From NCBI GenBank assembly GCA_016934735.1, contig JAFGSG010000063.1, positions 33,361 to 97,360 of the forward strand: DNA of 64,000 bases. The letters run 5' to 3'. Numbering within the stretch: position 1 is the stretch's first letter; the number at the start of each line of letters is the position of its first letter. The notes under the pieces were generated by a model. It was not told the DNA's origin and did not search any database. It saw only the letters and a list, made by a program, of their open reading frames with translations. Of this stretch, positions 37,594 to 47,224 are shown one piece after another. This stretch comes from Spirochaetota bacterium. Lineage in GTDB: Bacteria > Spirochaetota > UBA4802 > JAFGDQ01. A program made the translations under genes and the position numbers.

Positions 37594-38322
37594 ATGCTTC
37601 ATCTAAAAAGCGCTACACTGCATCCGGAAATATTTCCATCCGAAGAACTGTACCCTTTCAATCTTCAGGTACTTCAAAATTTAAGGCTGATTGAATTCAC
37701 TGATCCGGTCACATTATTTGCAGGTGAAAACGGGACAGGCAAGTCCACATTCCTGGAAGCACTAACTAAAAAATGCGGGATACATATCTGGAAAGATGCC
37801 GAAAGATCCAGATCAAGCCACAGCCCCTATGAAGGGAAGCTGTATAATTTTCTTTCGCTGGACTGGACAAACGGGCCGGTGCCGGGTACATTTTTCGGGG
37901 CAAGCATATTTCAGCATTTTGCATGCATGCTCGACGAATGGGCTGCCGCAGATCCGGGACAGTTTTACTACTTCGGGGGCAAGTCCCTTTTAACGCAGTC
38001 GCACGGGCAGTCGCTAATGTCGTTTTTCAGAAACCGCTACAGCATAAAAGGGCTTTATTTTCTCGATGAACCGGAAACAGCCCTGTCTCCCCGCAGTCAG
38101 CTTGAGTTGCTCGATATTATTATAAAAAGCGGCAGGGAAAACGCTCAATTTATTATAGCTACGCATTCTCCAATCATTCTTGCATGCCCGGATGCAGTTA
38201 TATACAACTTTGATGATTCAGCAGTTAAACAAATAAATTATGAAGATTCTTCCCATTACAAAATCTATAAAAGTTTCATGGAAGATAGGAATAAATTTTT
38301 AAAAAATAAAAAATTAAGCTAA
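37594..38322 (+). CDS. Small ABC/AAA_21-type P-loop ATPase (predicted ATPase, COG3910-like).
   Basis: Walker A GENGTGKST. Walker B/D-loop FLDEPETALSP. H-motif IATHSP. 242 aa. Confidence 0.6.
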   Translation: MLHLKSATLHPEIFPSEELYPFNLQVLQNLRLIEFTDPVTLFAGENGTGKSTFLEALTKKCGIHIWKDAERSRSSHSPYEGKLYNFLSLDWTNGPVPGTFFGASIFQHFACMLDEWAAADPGQFYYFGGKSLLTQSHGQSLMSFFRNRYSIKGLYFLDEPETALSPRSQLELLDIIIKSGRENAQFIIATHSPIILACPDAVIYNFDDSAVKQINYEDSSHYKIYKSFMEDRNKFLKNKKLS

Positions 38323-38337
38323 TTATTTATATTTATT

Positions 38338-39297
38338 TTAATCCTGCTCGCTCGGTGTACTGCCTGCAAATGTATGATCAAGAGCATCCGGATTATAAGC
38401 AACAGGGGGGTGATAGTATTTGAAGAATGTTGAGAATCCTCTACGCCACGAACCTTCAGGGATAACGCTTTCGGAAACTATACTTAGATTGAACGCAAAT
38501 CCTATATAAGCATGCCTTGTTTTATAACGATAACTAGAATCTGAAAACCAGTAGCCCCTGGTGTAATAACCGAAATCTATCTGGAAAAATTTTGCCGGTG
38601 TATCCTGAATGTACGGAATCCCGCTCATCTTAAGAGCCAATAAAAATTTTTGCCCTGTAACATCGCTTGTAAATTCTAGCCATTTCTCCGGCCTTTGATT
38701 CCTGTGATCTTTAGAAGGCCAGTATTCCATCTGAAATCCTATCAACCTGTCAAGCGGAGGATACATATCCAATGCCATTGCAATAATGCCGCCTCCCAGA
38801 TTCCACACCATATCTCCCCATGCAAATCCGTATGTGTCCCCGAAACCATCCCCGATCTCAATGCCAAGACCCATCAATTGCCCGAAGAGAAAGCCTTTGA
38901 AAGCTGCCCAGTTCGTCGCATCGCCGCTCTTCTCAAAAGCGTAAGAGCCGACTCTGGAAATCAAATATATGCCCCAGGTATGACCGAGCTTATCTGCTCC
39001 GCCTGTATACGAGTCCTGCTCCAATCCCCATCCGTCATTTTCAAAATGCCATTTGGATGCAGTCCCCCAGCCCCATGCGCCTATTCCCCAGCCGATAATT
39101 ATTACAGGCACACTTCCGAAAAGCCAGTACTCGGTAGCATAGCTCTTTTTAACAGGAAACTGTGTTTCATCCACGGCCTGCTCCTGGAGAAGCGTCTGTT
39201 CTTCTGCCAGAGCCTGTGAATTCCCGTATGCAAAAATTAAAATTATTAAAACTGCTGAGAAAAATTTAATAGTCATATTTTTCTTCATGTGTGTCAC
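38338..39297 (-). CDS. Secreted Trp/Gly-rich hypothetical protein.
   Basis: Signal peptide MKKNMTIKFFSAVLIILIFAYGNSQALA. W/G-rich repeats GWGIGAWGWG and GFAWGDMVW. Confidence 0.5.
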   Translation of the reverse strand: MTHMKKNMTIKFFSAVLIILIFAYGNSQALAEEQTLLQEQAVDETQFPVKKSYATEYWLFGSVPVIIIGWGIGAWGWGTASKWHFENDGWGLEQDSYTGGADKLGHTWGIYLISRVGSYAFEKSGDATNWAAFKGFLFGQLMGLGIEIGDGFGDTYGFAWGDMVWNLGGGIIAMALDMYPPLDRLIGFQMEYWPSKDHRNQRPEKWLEFTSDVTGQKFLLALKMSGIPYIQDTPAKFFQIDFGYYTRGYWFSDSSYRYKTRHAYIGFAFNLSIVSESVIPEGSWRRGFSTFFKYYHPPVAYNPDALDHTFAGSTPSEQD

Positions 39298-40385
39298 ATT
39301 TCATTTCCCGCTGAATTATCTTTCTCAATATTATTAAACTTATCCTGGCTGTCATTGGCAAATCCGATTATATTAAGACTGATCTTAGCAAATAACCTGA
39401 AATCGATTCCAGGGGGCTCCATTCCGTATAAATTTGAAGTGAACATTACATCAACGATTTCCTTGTATCTTAACAGATTATAATCGAATCTTATACGGTT
39501 AAGAAAATTTTTCCTTTTTAAATAAAAAATATGCGAATCCTGATGGAAATAATTATGATTGTAAAAACACTGATAAGATAACTCAAAGCTATTTCCGGAA
39601 TAGCCGAACATGCCACTCCCGGCATGCCCATAAGTGGATGCTTCAAAATTCTGTGAAAAGGTGCTTAAATAATACGCCGCCTCAATAAAAAATCCCTTGT
39701 AGATAAATCCTAGAACCGGTGAGTTTACAATATCCTGTTCAATCCTAACCGGATGAGTATCTTTATTAAGCTGTCCTCCTTTGTGATGATAATGATCAAA
39801 AAATTTGTAATAAAAATATTCCGAAAAATTATGTTTCAAAAGAAGACCTGCAGTAAATTCTTCCGGATGTTCTTCAGTGTCAAGTCTGATCCAGTCGAGA
39901 AAAACAGAAACATCAATTGTTTTCTTATGCAAAGTAAATTTTAATCCGGATGATACCGGTCTTTGCTCAAAGAAGAGAAATTCATTGTAAATCGTATTCG
40001 AATAACGCATTAAATTAGGAAAATTCCCGATAATAAATTCCGAGTCGTTCCATGGGAAAAATACCGCATTTATATAAGGATACATTTTTTCAGGTTGTTT
40101 ATCTTTACCATACTGTACATAAATATGTTTATACCAGCCTCCGGCATTAACCTGAAGGGGCGCAGTACTCACCTGAAGGTATGGTATAAATATATGGCCG
40201 AGGTTGGTCCTGCCAGGATAAGGATGGTCATCGTACTCAAGATTGGCAAGATCGATATACTGATCCAGTTGTATAGTTATTGAATTAATATGTTCCGAAG
40301 TAAAAATTTCAGCAAATAAATGAGGATATGATAAAAAATAAATAATAAAAAAAATAATTATTTTTAATTTTACTGGATTTGACAT
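39294..40385 (-). CDS. Secreted Tyr/Phe-rich hypothetical protein.
   Basis: N-terminal hydrophobic signal KLKIIIFFIIYFLSYPHLFA. No recognisable catalytic motif. Confidence 0.45.
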   Translation of the reverse strand: MSNPVKLKIIIFFIIYFLSYPHLFAEIFTSEHINSITIQLDQYIDLANLEYDDHPYPGRTNLGHIFIPYLQVSTAPLQVNAGGWYKHIYVQYGKDKQPEKMYPYINAVFFPWNDSEFIIGNFPNLMRYSNTIYNEFLFFEQRPVSSGLKFTLHKKTIDVSVFLDWIRLDTEEHPEEFTAGLLLKHNFSEYFYYKFFDHYHHKGGQLNKDTHPVRIEQDIVNSPVLGFIYKGFFIEAAYYLSTFSQNFEASTYGHAGSGMFGYSGNSFELSYQCFYNHNYFHQDSHIFYLKRKNFLNRIRFDYNLLRYKEIVDVMFTSNLYGMEPPGIDFRLFAKISLNIIGFANDSQDKFNNIEKDNSAGNEM

Positions 40386-40482
40386 AAAGGATTTCTTTTC
40401 ATTATTCTTTCAAATGATTATACCCGGCTTTTTTTACAAGACTATAAGTTATCACAAAAATAAATTTTTTCCTGATAATAAT

Positions 40483-41646
40483 TTAGTGCGCATCCTTATG
40501 AATATTGTCAATAATAGCCTGTACAGCCGGATTTATAAATACGATGCTGACTTTATAATCACCGTCAAAACAGCGGTCAAGGGCGCGGTTTATTATCCGC
40601 ATCGGATCAAGCAGAAATGAAAAAATTGTGCCGTAAACGCTGTTGGGCATACAATTTTCAATGTATATGCTGGTCTGATGGAACGCCTCGCCCGCGAGTG
40701 CTCCACCGAATGCAGTAAAGACCATGTCGTTGCCGGAAGTCTGCTCGCGCCATTCACCGATATACTCCCAAATTAAGCTGCCGGTGAATGCCCACGCGGT
40801 TGAAGCAAGTATTCCATACTCATTGCTGCGCGCAGTCTGATAATAAACTGCGCCGGCATAAATATGATAGATCGTATTTGTCCTGAACGCGTTCGAATCC
40901 CAATACCAGCCGTCGCGGAAGCGCGGTCCGACGTCTTTCCACCTGTATTTATAACGCCAGTCTTCCATGTTAGCATCTTTATTGATCCAGTAATTTGCCA
41001 TGCCTACTCCTGTTAATAAAGTAAGTTCGCTGAGAGTTCTTACGAAACGATGAGTAGGTGAAAATCCGGTATTGACGATAAGTTCATAGCCGCTTACATT
41101 CGATATATTGTCATCTTCATATATCACACTTACTTTCTCGATAGCGCCGGGAAAGCCAGCCGTACCTGCTTCAGCAAGGGCATCAGGGATCGTTGAAGTT
41201 CGCACTGCCTCTGCAAAGGCGATCATGCTACGGATGGACTTTTCTGTGCGGTAGGTATCTTCACGCGGCACATCCCATCCGATCAGGACATTACGCTTAA
41301 ACGAATCAACAGAAAACAGATTAAACGAAGCCGGTTTGGCACCGTCCTTTTCTTTTTCTTTTAAACCGCTCATAAGAGAGAAATCGAAGTTAGTATAGGT
41401 TCGCTTGCTATTGATATCAGAAAACGGGATATATTCTGCTGAAAAATTATTACCGGTAAAAAACCCGGAATCGAGCATTGTTTTCAGCACAGGAAAATTC
41501 ACCGCAGTATCGGTTAAAATAATCTTCCTGCTTTTACTGTCTTCAGCATAGGCGCAATACGCGCTAAACGCAATGAACAGTAATATTGATACTGTCTTAT
41601 ATAGATAAAATTTAAATAAATGGCCTTGCACTCTGTATTGCTCCAT
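40483..41646 (-). CDS. Secreted Trp-rich hypothetical protein; possible paralog of the 38338-39297 gene.
   Basis: Signal peptide. W-rich segments WRYKYRWKDVGPRFRDGWYWDSNAF, similar in character to the 38338 gene product. Confidence 0.45.
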   Translation of the reverse strand: MEQYRVQGHLFKFYLYKTVSILLFIAFSAYCAYAEDSKSRKIILTDTAVNFPVLKTMLDSGFFTGNNFSAEYIPFSDINSKRTYTNFDFSLMSGLKEKEKDGAKPASFNLFSVDSFKRNVLIGWDVPREDTYRTEKSIRSMIAFAEAVRTSTIPDALAEAGTAGFPGAIEKVSVIYEDDNISNVSGYELIVNTGFSPTHRFVRTLSELTLLTGVGMANYWINKDANMEDWRYKYRWKDVGPRFRDGWYWDSNAFRTNTIYHIYAGAVYYQTARSNEYGILASTAWAFTGSLIWEYIGEWREQTSGNDMVFTAFGGALAGEAFHQTSIYIENCMPNSVYGTIFSFLLDPMRIINRALDRCFDGDYKVSIVFINPAVQAIIDNIHKDAH

Positions 41647-41648
41647 AC

Positions 41649-42974
41649 CTAAAAATAATTTCTAAATTCGATTATTAGCCGGTTCCAGTCATGAGTCCTG
41701 GTTTTATCATAAAGCATGCTCTCTATCTTCCAACGCTCATACTGAATGCTCATTATGACATCAGAAGTAATATAATACCCCATAGATCCCTTGAATATAT
41801 GAAGCATATCATATAAATCATCCGAGATAACCGGAAAGAAAAAATAATAATTATAACCGGCTTCAAAACGGAATCCGTAAACATGATCCGCACAAAGTAC
41901 AAGCCGTACGGGCAGAGTATAACTGAAGTAGTAATTCTGTTTGCGATACTTTATTGAACGAAATGCCGGGCTCATGTCCTGTTCTTCCTCTTCTGTAATA
42001 CCTGCATAGAAAAGCGAAGAAGGTCCGACGCCCATTCCTGCTCCCAGCATTATTCCTGCCGAATATAAAGCCGGCCCGTTCCTACGGGAAATGAGCATAT
42101 TCAACTGTAAAGCGCGCCAGATCGCGTATTGAATATAAGGCTGCGTATGCGTAACAGGCCTGTCCCATTTCATAGTTGAGTCGCTGAAGCCCGGCCTGAA
42201 ATATTCAAGGCCATTAAAAAAACCGTACATGAAACGCGTGCCGTGTTCTGCTGAACCGAAATATTTATTTTTACCGTAAATCAGCAAATCAATATTGAAA
42301 AAATTTTCCCGTACTATGCTTGCCCAGTCTAAATAAACATTAAAGGCCGTATAATCGCCGAAGGCAAGAGTCGTGTCCCTGAGCAATATCCTTGCCGAAG
42401 GATCGTATTCAAGCTGCCAGGACAAATGCAGGTTCCCCTTGGCATATGCAGGAAAAAACTCTCTGCCGTCATGAGTACGGGAATAACCGAATGAGAATAT
42501 AGAGGAAAAAGCCCTGCGGAAATCGCCAATGCCCTTCTCCGCCGCTGCGAACGGTACAACTACGGAAAGAGCATGTTCGCGCAGACGGCTGTCATCACTG
42601 ACAATACTGCCCGGAAGCCTTAAGACTTTCTGCGTCTGTACTCCATTCTTACTAATCGCAACTGTAAAATTATAAAGCCCGGCATCATATACAGTCTCAA
42701 TCTTCAACAGCATCTCGTCATAACGGCCCCCCAGCCGGAAAGCCATTATTTGACTGCCGTCTATCGTTGTGATCCATCCGAATTTTTTTAAAAAATCACT
42801 GCATTGATTTACTAAATATTCAGTTCTCTCTTCAGGGGAAACAATCTTTTTTTGGGTAATTTCTTTGTTAATTGCCGATTCTTTGGACTCTGGATATAAA
42901 GGAACACTATTGAATAAAAGAATAAAAGAGATCAAAAAAAATAGACTTACTTGAATCGCGGATTTCATTTTCAT
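41649..42974 (-). CDS. Putative outer-membrane beta-barrel protein.
   Basis: Signal peptide MKMKSAIQVSLFFLISFILLFNSVPLYP. Alternating aromatic strands. C-terminal ...EFRNYF with a terminal Phe, typical of OMP beta-barrels. Confidence 0.45.
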   Translation of the reverse strand: MKMKSAIQVSLFFLISFILLFNSVPLYPESKESAINKEITQKKIVSPEERTEYLVNQCSDFLKKFGWITTIDGSQIMAFRLGGRYDEMLLKIETVYDAGLYNFTVAISKNGVQTQKVLRLPGSIVSDDSRLREHALSVVVPFAAAEKGIGDFRRAFSSIFSFGYSRTHDGREFFPAYAKGNLHLSWQLEYDPSARILLRDTTLAFGDYTAFNVYLDWASIVRENFFNIDLLIYGKNKYFGSAEHGTRFMYGFFNGLEYFRPGFSDSTMKWDRPVTHTQPYIQYAIWRALQLNMLISRRNGPALYSAGIMLGAGMGVGPSSLFYAGITEEEEQDMSPAFRSIKYRKQNYYFSYTLPVRLVLCADHVYGFRFEAGYNYYFFFPVISDDLYDMLHIFKGSMGYYITSDVIMSIQYERWKIESMLYDKTRTHDWNRLIIEFRNYF

Positions 42975-43057
42975 TTTTATAAAATAATTTTTTCATAACC
43001 TTATGCTTTTATTTCTGGTGATTGGTATTAATTTCGCATGATAATGTCAATAACTTT

Positions 43058-44056
43058 TCATACGCGCGGCTGAGCATCAACATTAAGATCGTCTGTAATG
43101 TCCGCATAAAAATATTTACAGGCTATGCCTGCCACCATTGCTGCATTATCTGTACAGAGCACAGGCGAAGGTATTATAAGTCTTTCATCTTCAGCTTTTG
43201 CCTCATGAAGCATGACCCTTAATCTGCCGTTAGCAGCAACGCCCCCTGCAATGACAATATCTTTTATGTTGTATTGCCTTGCCGCTTTGTATACTTTCCG
43301 GGCGAGAATTTCAAGGGCTCTTTCCTGAAAACTATACACTATCCCGGCTTTATCCGCATTGGGATTTTTCTTAATATAATTTACGACAGCGGTCTTTAAA
43401 CCGCTGTAGCTGAACCGAAAGTCCGTAGAATCCGCCAGGATTTTCGGGAATAGCTTTTTTTTAGTTTTTGACTGCGAAGCCAGTTTCTCGATGATCGGCC
43501 CCCCGGGATAGCCCAGATTCAGGTACTTGGCAACTTTATCGAAAGCTTCACCTGCGGCATCGTCAGCTGTTCTGCCGAGAAGTTCCATATCCCCGATACC
43601 TCTGACAATATATAGATTTGTGTTTCCTCCTGATACGAGAAGGCCCATGAAGGGATAAACAGGTTCTATTCCTTCTAGAAAAGGTGCATAAAGATGAGCT
43701 TCAAGATGATTGACCGCAATCAAAGGAATGCGAAGAGAATATGAAACAGCTTTTGCCGACTGGAGAGCAATGAGAAGCGAACCAACCAGACCCGGCCTTG
43801 CAGTCGCGGCTACATACTTAAGGCCGGAAAACTTTACACCTGCTTCTCTTAAAGCGATTTTTATAATTTTATTTATTACTTCAAGATGAGCCCTTGACGC
43901 GATTTCAGGCACAACGCCGAAATATTCCCTGTGAAGATCAATCTGACTTTTTATAATATTAGAAAGAATCCGTTTCCCGTTAAGTACAACCGAAGCGGAA
44001 GTTTCATCACAAGAGCTTTCAAGGCCAAGTCCGACAATATCTTTTTTCAGTTCCAT
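43058..44056 (-). CDS. tsaD: tRNA N6-adenosine threonylcarbamoyltransferase.
   Basis: N-terminus ILGLESSCDETSASVV. Kae1/YgjD-family motifs. 332 aa. Confidence 0.9.
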   Translation of the reverse strand: MELKKDIVGLGLESSCDETSASVVLNGKRILSNIIKSQIDLHREYFGVVPEIASRAHLEVINKIIKIALREAGVKFSGLKYVAATARPGLVGSLLIALQSAKAVSYSLRIPLIAVNHLEAHLYAPFLEGIEPVYPFMGLLVSGGNTNLYIVRGIGDMELLGRTADDAAGEAFDKVAKYLNLGYPGGPIIEKLASQSKTKKKLFPKILADSTDFRFSYSGLKTAVVNYIKKNPNADKAGIVYSFQERALEILARKVYKAARQYNIKDIVIAGGVAANGRLRVMLHEAKAEDERLIIPSPVLCTDNAAMVAGIACKYFYADITDDLNVDAQPRV

Positions 44057-44072
44057 GTATTACACGGCAGCA

Positions 44073-45446
44073 TTAAATACTATTAATTATCCTGACCGCT
44101 TCTACAAGCTGATTATCGAACTCAAGGTCATAAAGAGGGCTTTTTGCAAATTTATTCATCTCACGTTTTAAAATAAATCCGGCACTTCTTTCCGAAACAA
44201 AATATTTCTTTTCTTTAAGCAATGCCATAAATTTTGCCCGGGTCGTATGGCTGTATTCTTTATAATCTTTCAAAAAATCTTCCATGATTTTTTCTTTATA
44301 AATTTGTTTTATAATTTCAGATTCCTCTTTGGATATTTCCTCAGCCTTGACAGCATAATCCGGAGTAATGCCTTTCCCGTGTATGGAAATCCCTGAAGGA
44401 GTGTAATATTTTGCTATGGTAAGCGTAACACCGATATTATCGTTAAGATTAAAAAACTTCTGAACAGATCCCTTGCCGAAAGTTTTAGCGCCGACAAGCT
44501 TCCCTCTGTTATTGTCTTTCATTGCTCCTGAAAAAATCTCCGAAGCTGAAGCGCTTCCGTTATTTACAAGTACTATCAACCTCCCTTTATAAAGAGGCTC
44601 GATCTCCGACCTGAACTCGGAAACATTTGCCGTGCCTTCTCTTCCCTTGGTCGAAACAATCAATTTGTCTTTTTCAAGGAAATACTCACTGATCTTTATG
44701 GCTTTATCCAGAAGCCCTCCCGGATTATATCTCAGATCCACAATTACTCTTTCAACTCCGTTTTTCCTGAAACTGATTAAAGCTTCTTCAACATCTTTTG
44801 CAGTCTGCTCACTGAACACTTTAATTTTCAAATACCCGATCTTATCGTATTCCTTTAATATACCATAAGCAACTGTTTCAATTTTAATCGGCGCTCTTTC
44901 AATTATAAAATCAATAGGCTCATTATATCCTGCGCGTCTGATCGTCAATTTCACTTTTGTATGCGGCAGACCTTTTATCATCTTTATAATATCGGATAAT
45001 TCCTTATCCTTAGTGGACACATCATCTATTTTAACGATCACATCTTCGGATAATATGCCGGCATTCATCGCGGGCGTATCTTCAATCGGAGATATGACAA
45101 CTATCTCGCTGTCCTTTATGGTCACCTCTATACCAACCCCGACAAACTTTCCTGTTGTGTCTTCTTTTAAGGCAATGTAAGCATCTTCATCCAGAAATCT
45201 GGAATAAGGATCATTAAGCGAGCTTATAATTCCGCGTATAGCGCCATAAAAAATATTTTTATTATTCGGTATTTCTACGAAATTTGTCTTTATTGTCTGG
45301 TATACCTGATGAAAATAATCAAGATACCTGTGCGCAGGCTCTTCTTCAGCTCTAACCTGAGCCGATATATTTATACCGAAAAATACGCCAAATAAAAAAG
45401 TAATTACAGCCAGATGTATCTTTAATTCTTTTATTCGTTTAATCAT
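44073..45446 (-). CDS. ctpA: Carboxyl-terminal processing (tail-specific, S41) protease with PDZ domain.
   Basis: S41 catalytic region LVNNGSASASEIFSGAMKDNNRGKLVGAKTFGKG. Signal peptide. Confidence 0.85.
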   Translation of the reverse strand: MIKRIKELKIHLAVITFLFGVFFGINISAQVRAEEEPAHRYLDYFHQVYQTIKTNFVEIPNNKNIFYGAIRGIISSLNDPYSRFLDEDAYIALKEDTTGKFVGVGIEVTIKDSEIVVISPIEDTPAMNAGILSEDVIVKIDDVSTKDKELSDIIKMIKGLPHTKVKLTIRRAGYNEPIDFIIERAPIKIETVAYGILKEYDKIGYLKIKVFSEQTAKDVEEALISFRKNGVERVIVDLRYNPGGLLDKAIKISEYFLEKDKLIVSTKGREGTANVSEFRSEIEPLYKGRLIVLVNNGSASASEIFSGAMKDNNRGKLVGAKTFGKGSVQKFFNLNDNIGVTLTIAKYYTPSGISIHGKGITPDYAVKAEEISKEESEIIKQIYKEKIMEDFLKDYKEYSHTTRAKFMALLKEKKYFVSERSAGFILKREMNKFAKSPLYDLEFDNQLVEAVRIINSI

Positions 45447-45493
45447 ATAGCCTCAATTTCAAATTATGTTTATATGAACTTTGTTCTCAGATT

Positions 45494-45763
45494 TTATTCG
45501 ACAAATATCTTATTATATTTGTCATTATGATTTTTCTTCATGAATGCTTTAAATTCTTCAATGGTAAAATTATTCGCTGATAAAAGCTCAGCCAGTATTT
45601 TTTCTCTCTGGGAAATCGACTGTTTCTCATCAAAGCTTTCCTCAAATTCCCTGCGCAGATATTCCTGCCATAGAATAGAAAATTCTTTTTCTGTCAGACT
45701 TTTTTTTGAGCAGCCCGACAAGGCAATTATGGCGACCATAAGCATAATCATGGTTTTTTTCAT
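45494..45763 (-). CDS. Small lipoprotein, hypothetical.
   Basis: Lipobox LSGCSKKS after a hydrophobic signal. Confidence 0.4.
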   Translation of the reverse strand: MKKTMIMLMVAIIALSGCSKKSLTEKEFSILWQEYLRREFEESFDEKQSISQREKILAELLSANNFTIEEFKAFMKKNHNDKYNKIFVE

Positions 45764-45885
45764 ATTATTCCTTCTGTGAAATTATTTCTTAATGATAAAA
45801 TATTTATAAATTTAATAAATTATTCATTTCCGATTAATAATAAGATAATACATAACCTGTGTCAATGCATTTTGTTTCCAGTTGC

Positions 45886-46491
45886 TCACTGCTCTTCATT
45901 CCTTAGAATAATTGACGAAAATCGTGTCAGGATTGAGGCAGTCATTCCCCATATTTCAAATCCATTGTATGAATAATAGTAAACCTTTCTGTGTTCCCCG
46001 TCAAAAAAATAATCTTCAACCTTATAATATTCTTTATTGTAAAAAATAGAAAGGGGAGCTTCAAAACATTCTTCGATCTCGTCTGCATTTATTATATAGT
46101 CATACGGATATTTGATTGAGCCTATAAATGTATGAACATGAAAATCAGATATAGAAATTATTTCATCAAACTCTCCGATGATTTCTATATCGCCTGGTTT
46201 GATACCTGTCTCTTCATACGTTTCTCTTAAAGCTGTATCCAGAAAGCTTCTATCGATCTTTTCCACTGCTCCGCCCGGGAATGAAATCTGTCCTTTGTGG
46301 TTACTGACACTCTGTGTTCTCTTCGTTAGAAAAACATGAGCTTCGTTATTTTTATTCAATAAGAGCATCAGTACAGCAGCAGAAACCGAACCACTTTTCT
46401 CAACTTGTAATTTTTCTCTATTTTCAAGCCTGCGTTTTATTTCCTTTTTAAAATCGGTAAAATAATTTTCATTAGTAAAATACAAATTCAT
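45886..46491 (-). CDS. NUDIX hydrolase (CoA-pyrophosphatase-like).
   Basis: Nudix box GGAVEKIDRSFLDTALRETYEETGI. Confidence 0.75.
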   Translation of the reverse strand: MNLYFTNENYFTDFKKEIKRRLENREKLQVEKSGSVSAAVLMLLLNKNNEAHVFLTKRTQSVSNHKGQISFPGGAVEKIDRSFLDTALRETYEETGIKPGDIEIIGEFDEIISISDFHVHTFIGSIKYPYDYIINADEIEECFEAPLSIFYNKEYYKVEDYFFDGEHRKVYYYSYNGFEIWGMTASILTRFSSIILRNEEQ

Positions 46492-46693
46492 TTATAATCT
46501 CCAAAATATTAAGAACAATCGTTATAAACGAAGGACTAATTGTCAAGTTTGATTATACTTGTATGCCAATCCGGCTTACAAATTTCCGACAGGATTACTA
46601 TTTCAAGATAACAAATAAAAATAATCTTGAATTTTCATAGCAAATACTAATCAATTACTTAATAATTTTTAATTACTATTTTATCCGGAGATA

Positions 46694-47221
46694 TTGATGT
46701 TTATTAACGATGACAAAACGTACGGTTTAACAAAATACGCCAAGCTGCTGATAGTCTTCGCGGGTTTAATCATTGGATTTATTATATCAAGGGTATTTTT
46801 TATTGTGCCATTTACCGCGCAGGACAATTCAATGAATCCGAATATTGCCAAAGGCGATTATTTATTAATTTTAAAAATCACTTCCCCGGAAGAAGGCGAT
46901 ACAGTATTGGTTAAAAGCCCCGTAGAGCCAGGCAGGGTAATTTTAAAACGATTGATCGCAAGAGGAGAAAAGATCATTGAGATAAAAAATAAAAAAACAT
47001 TTATTAATAATATTGAATTTATTCCGAAATGGAATCTGCAATCAATAGACAAACGTGTTTTCCCGGAATATTTTAATCACAGAGATAACTTGCCGCAAAT
47101 AAAAATATTAAAAAGCGAGATTTTTGTAATGGGAGATAATTTTGATTATAGCTTCGACAGCCGCAATTTTGGCGCGATAGACGAAGGCCAGATTATAGGG
47201 AAAATGATATATAAATTCTAA
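46694..47221 (+). CDS. lepB: Signal peptidase I.
   Basis: Ser motif QDNSMNPNI. Lys box GDYLLI. GDNFDYSFDSRNFG. Confidence 0.8.
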   Translation: MMFINDDKTYGLTKYAKLLIVFAGLIIGFIISRVFFIVPFTAQDNSMNPNIAKGDYLLILKITSPEEGDTVLVKSPVEPGRVILKRLIARGEKIIEIKNKKTFINNIEFIPKWNLQSIDKRVFPEYFNHRDNLPQIKILKSEIFVMGDNFDYSFDSRNFGAIDEGQIIGKMIYKF

Positions 47222-47224
47222 TTT

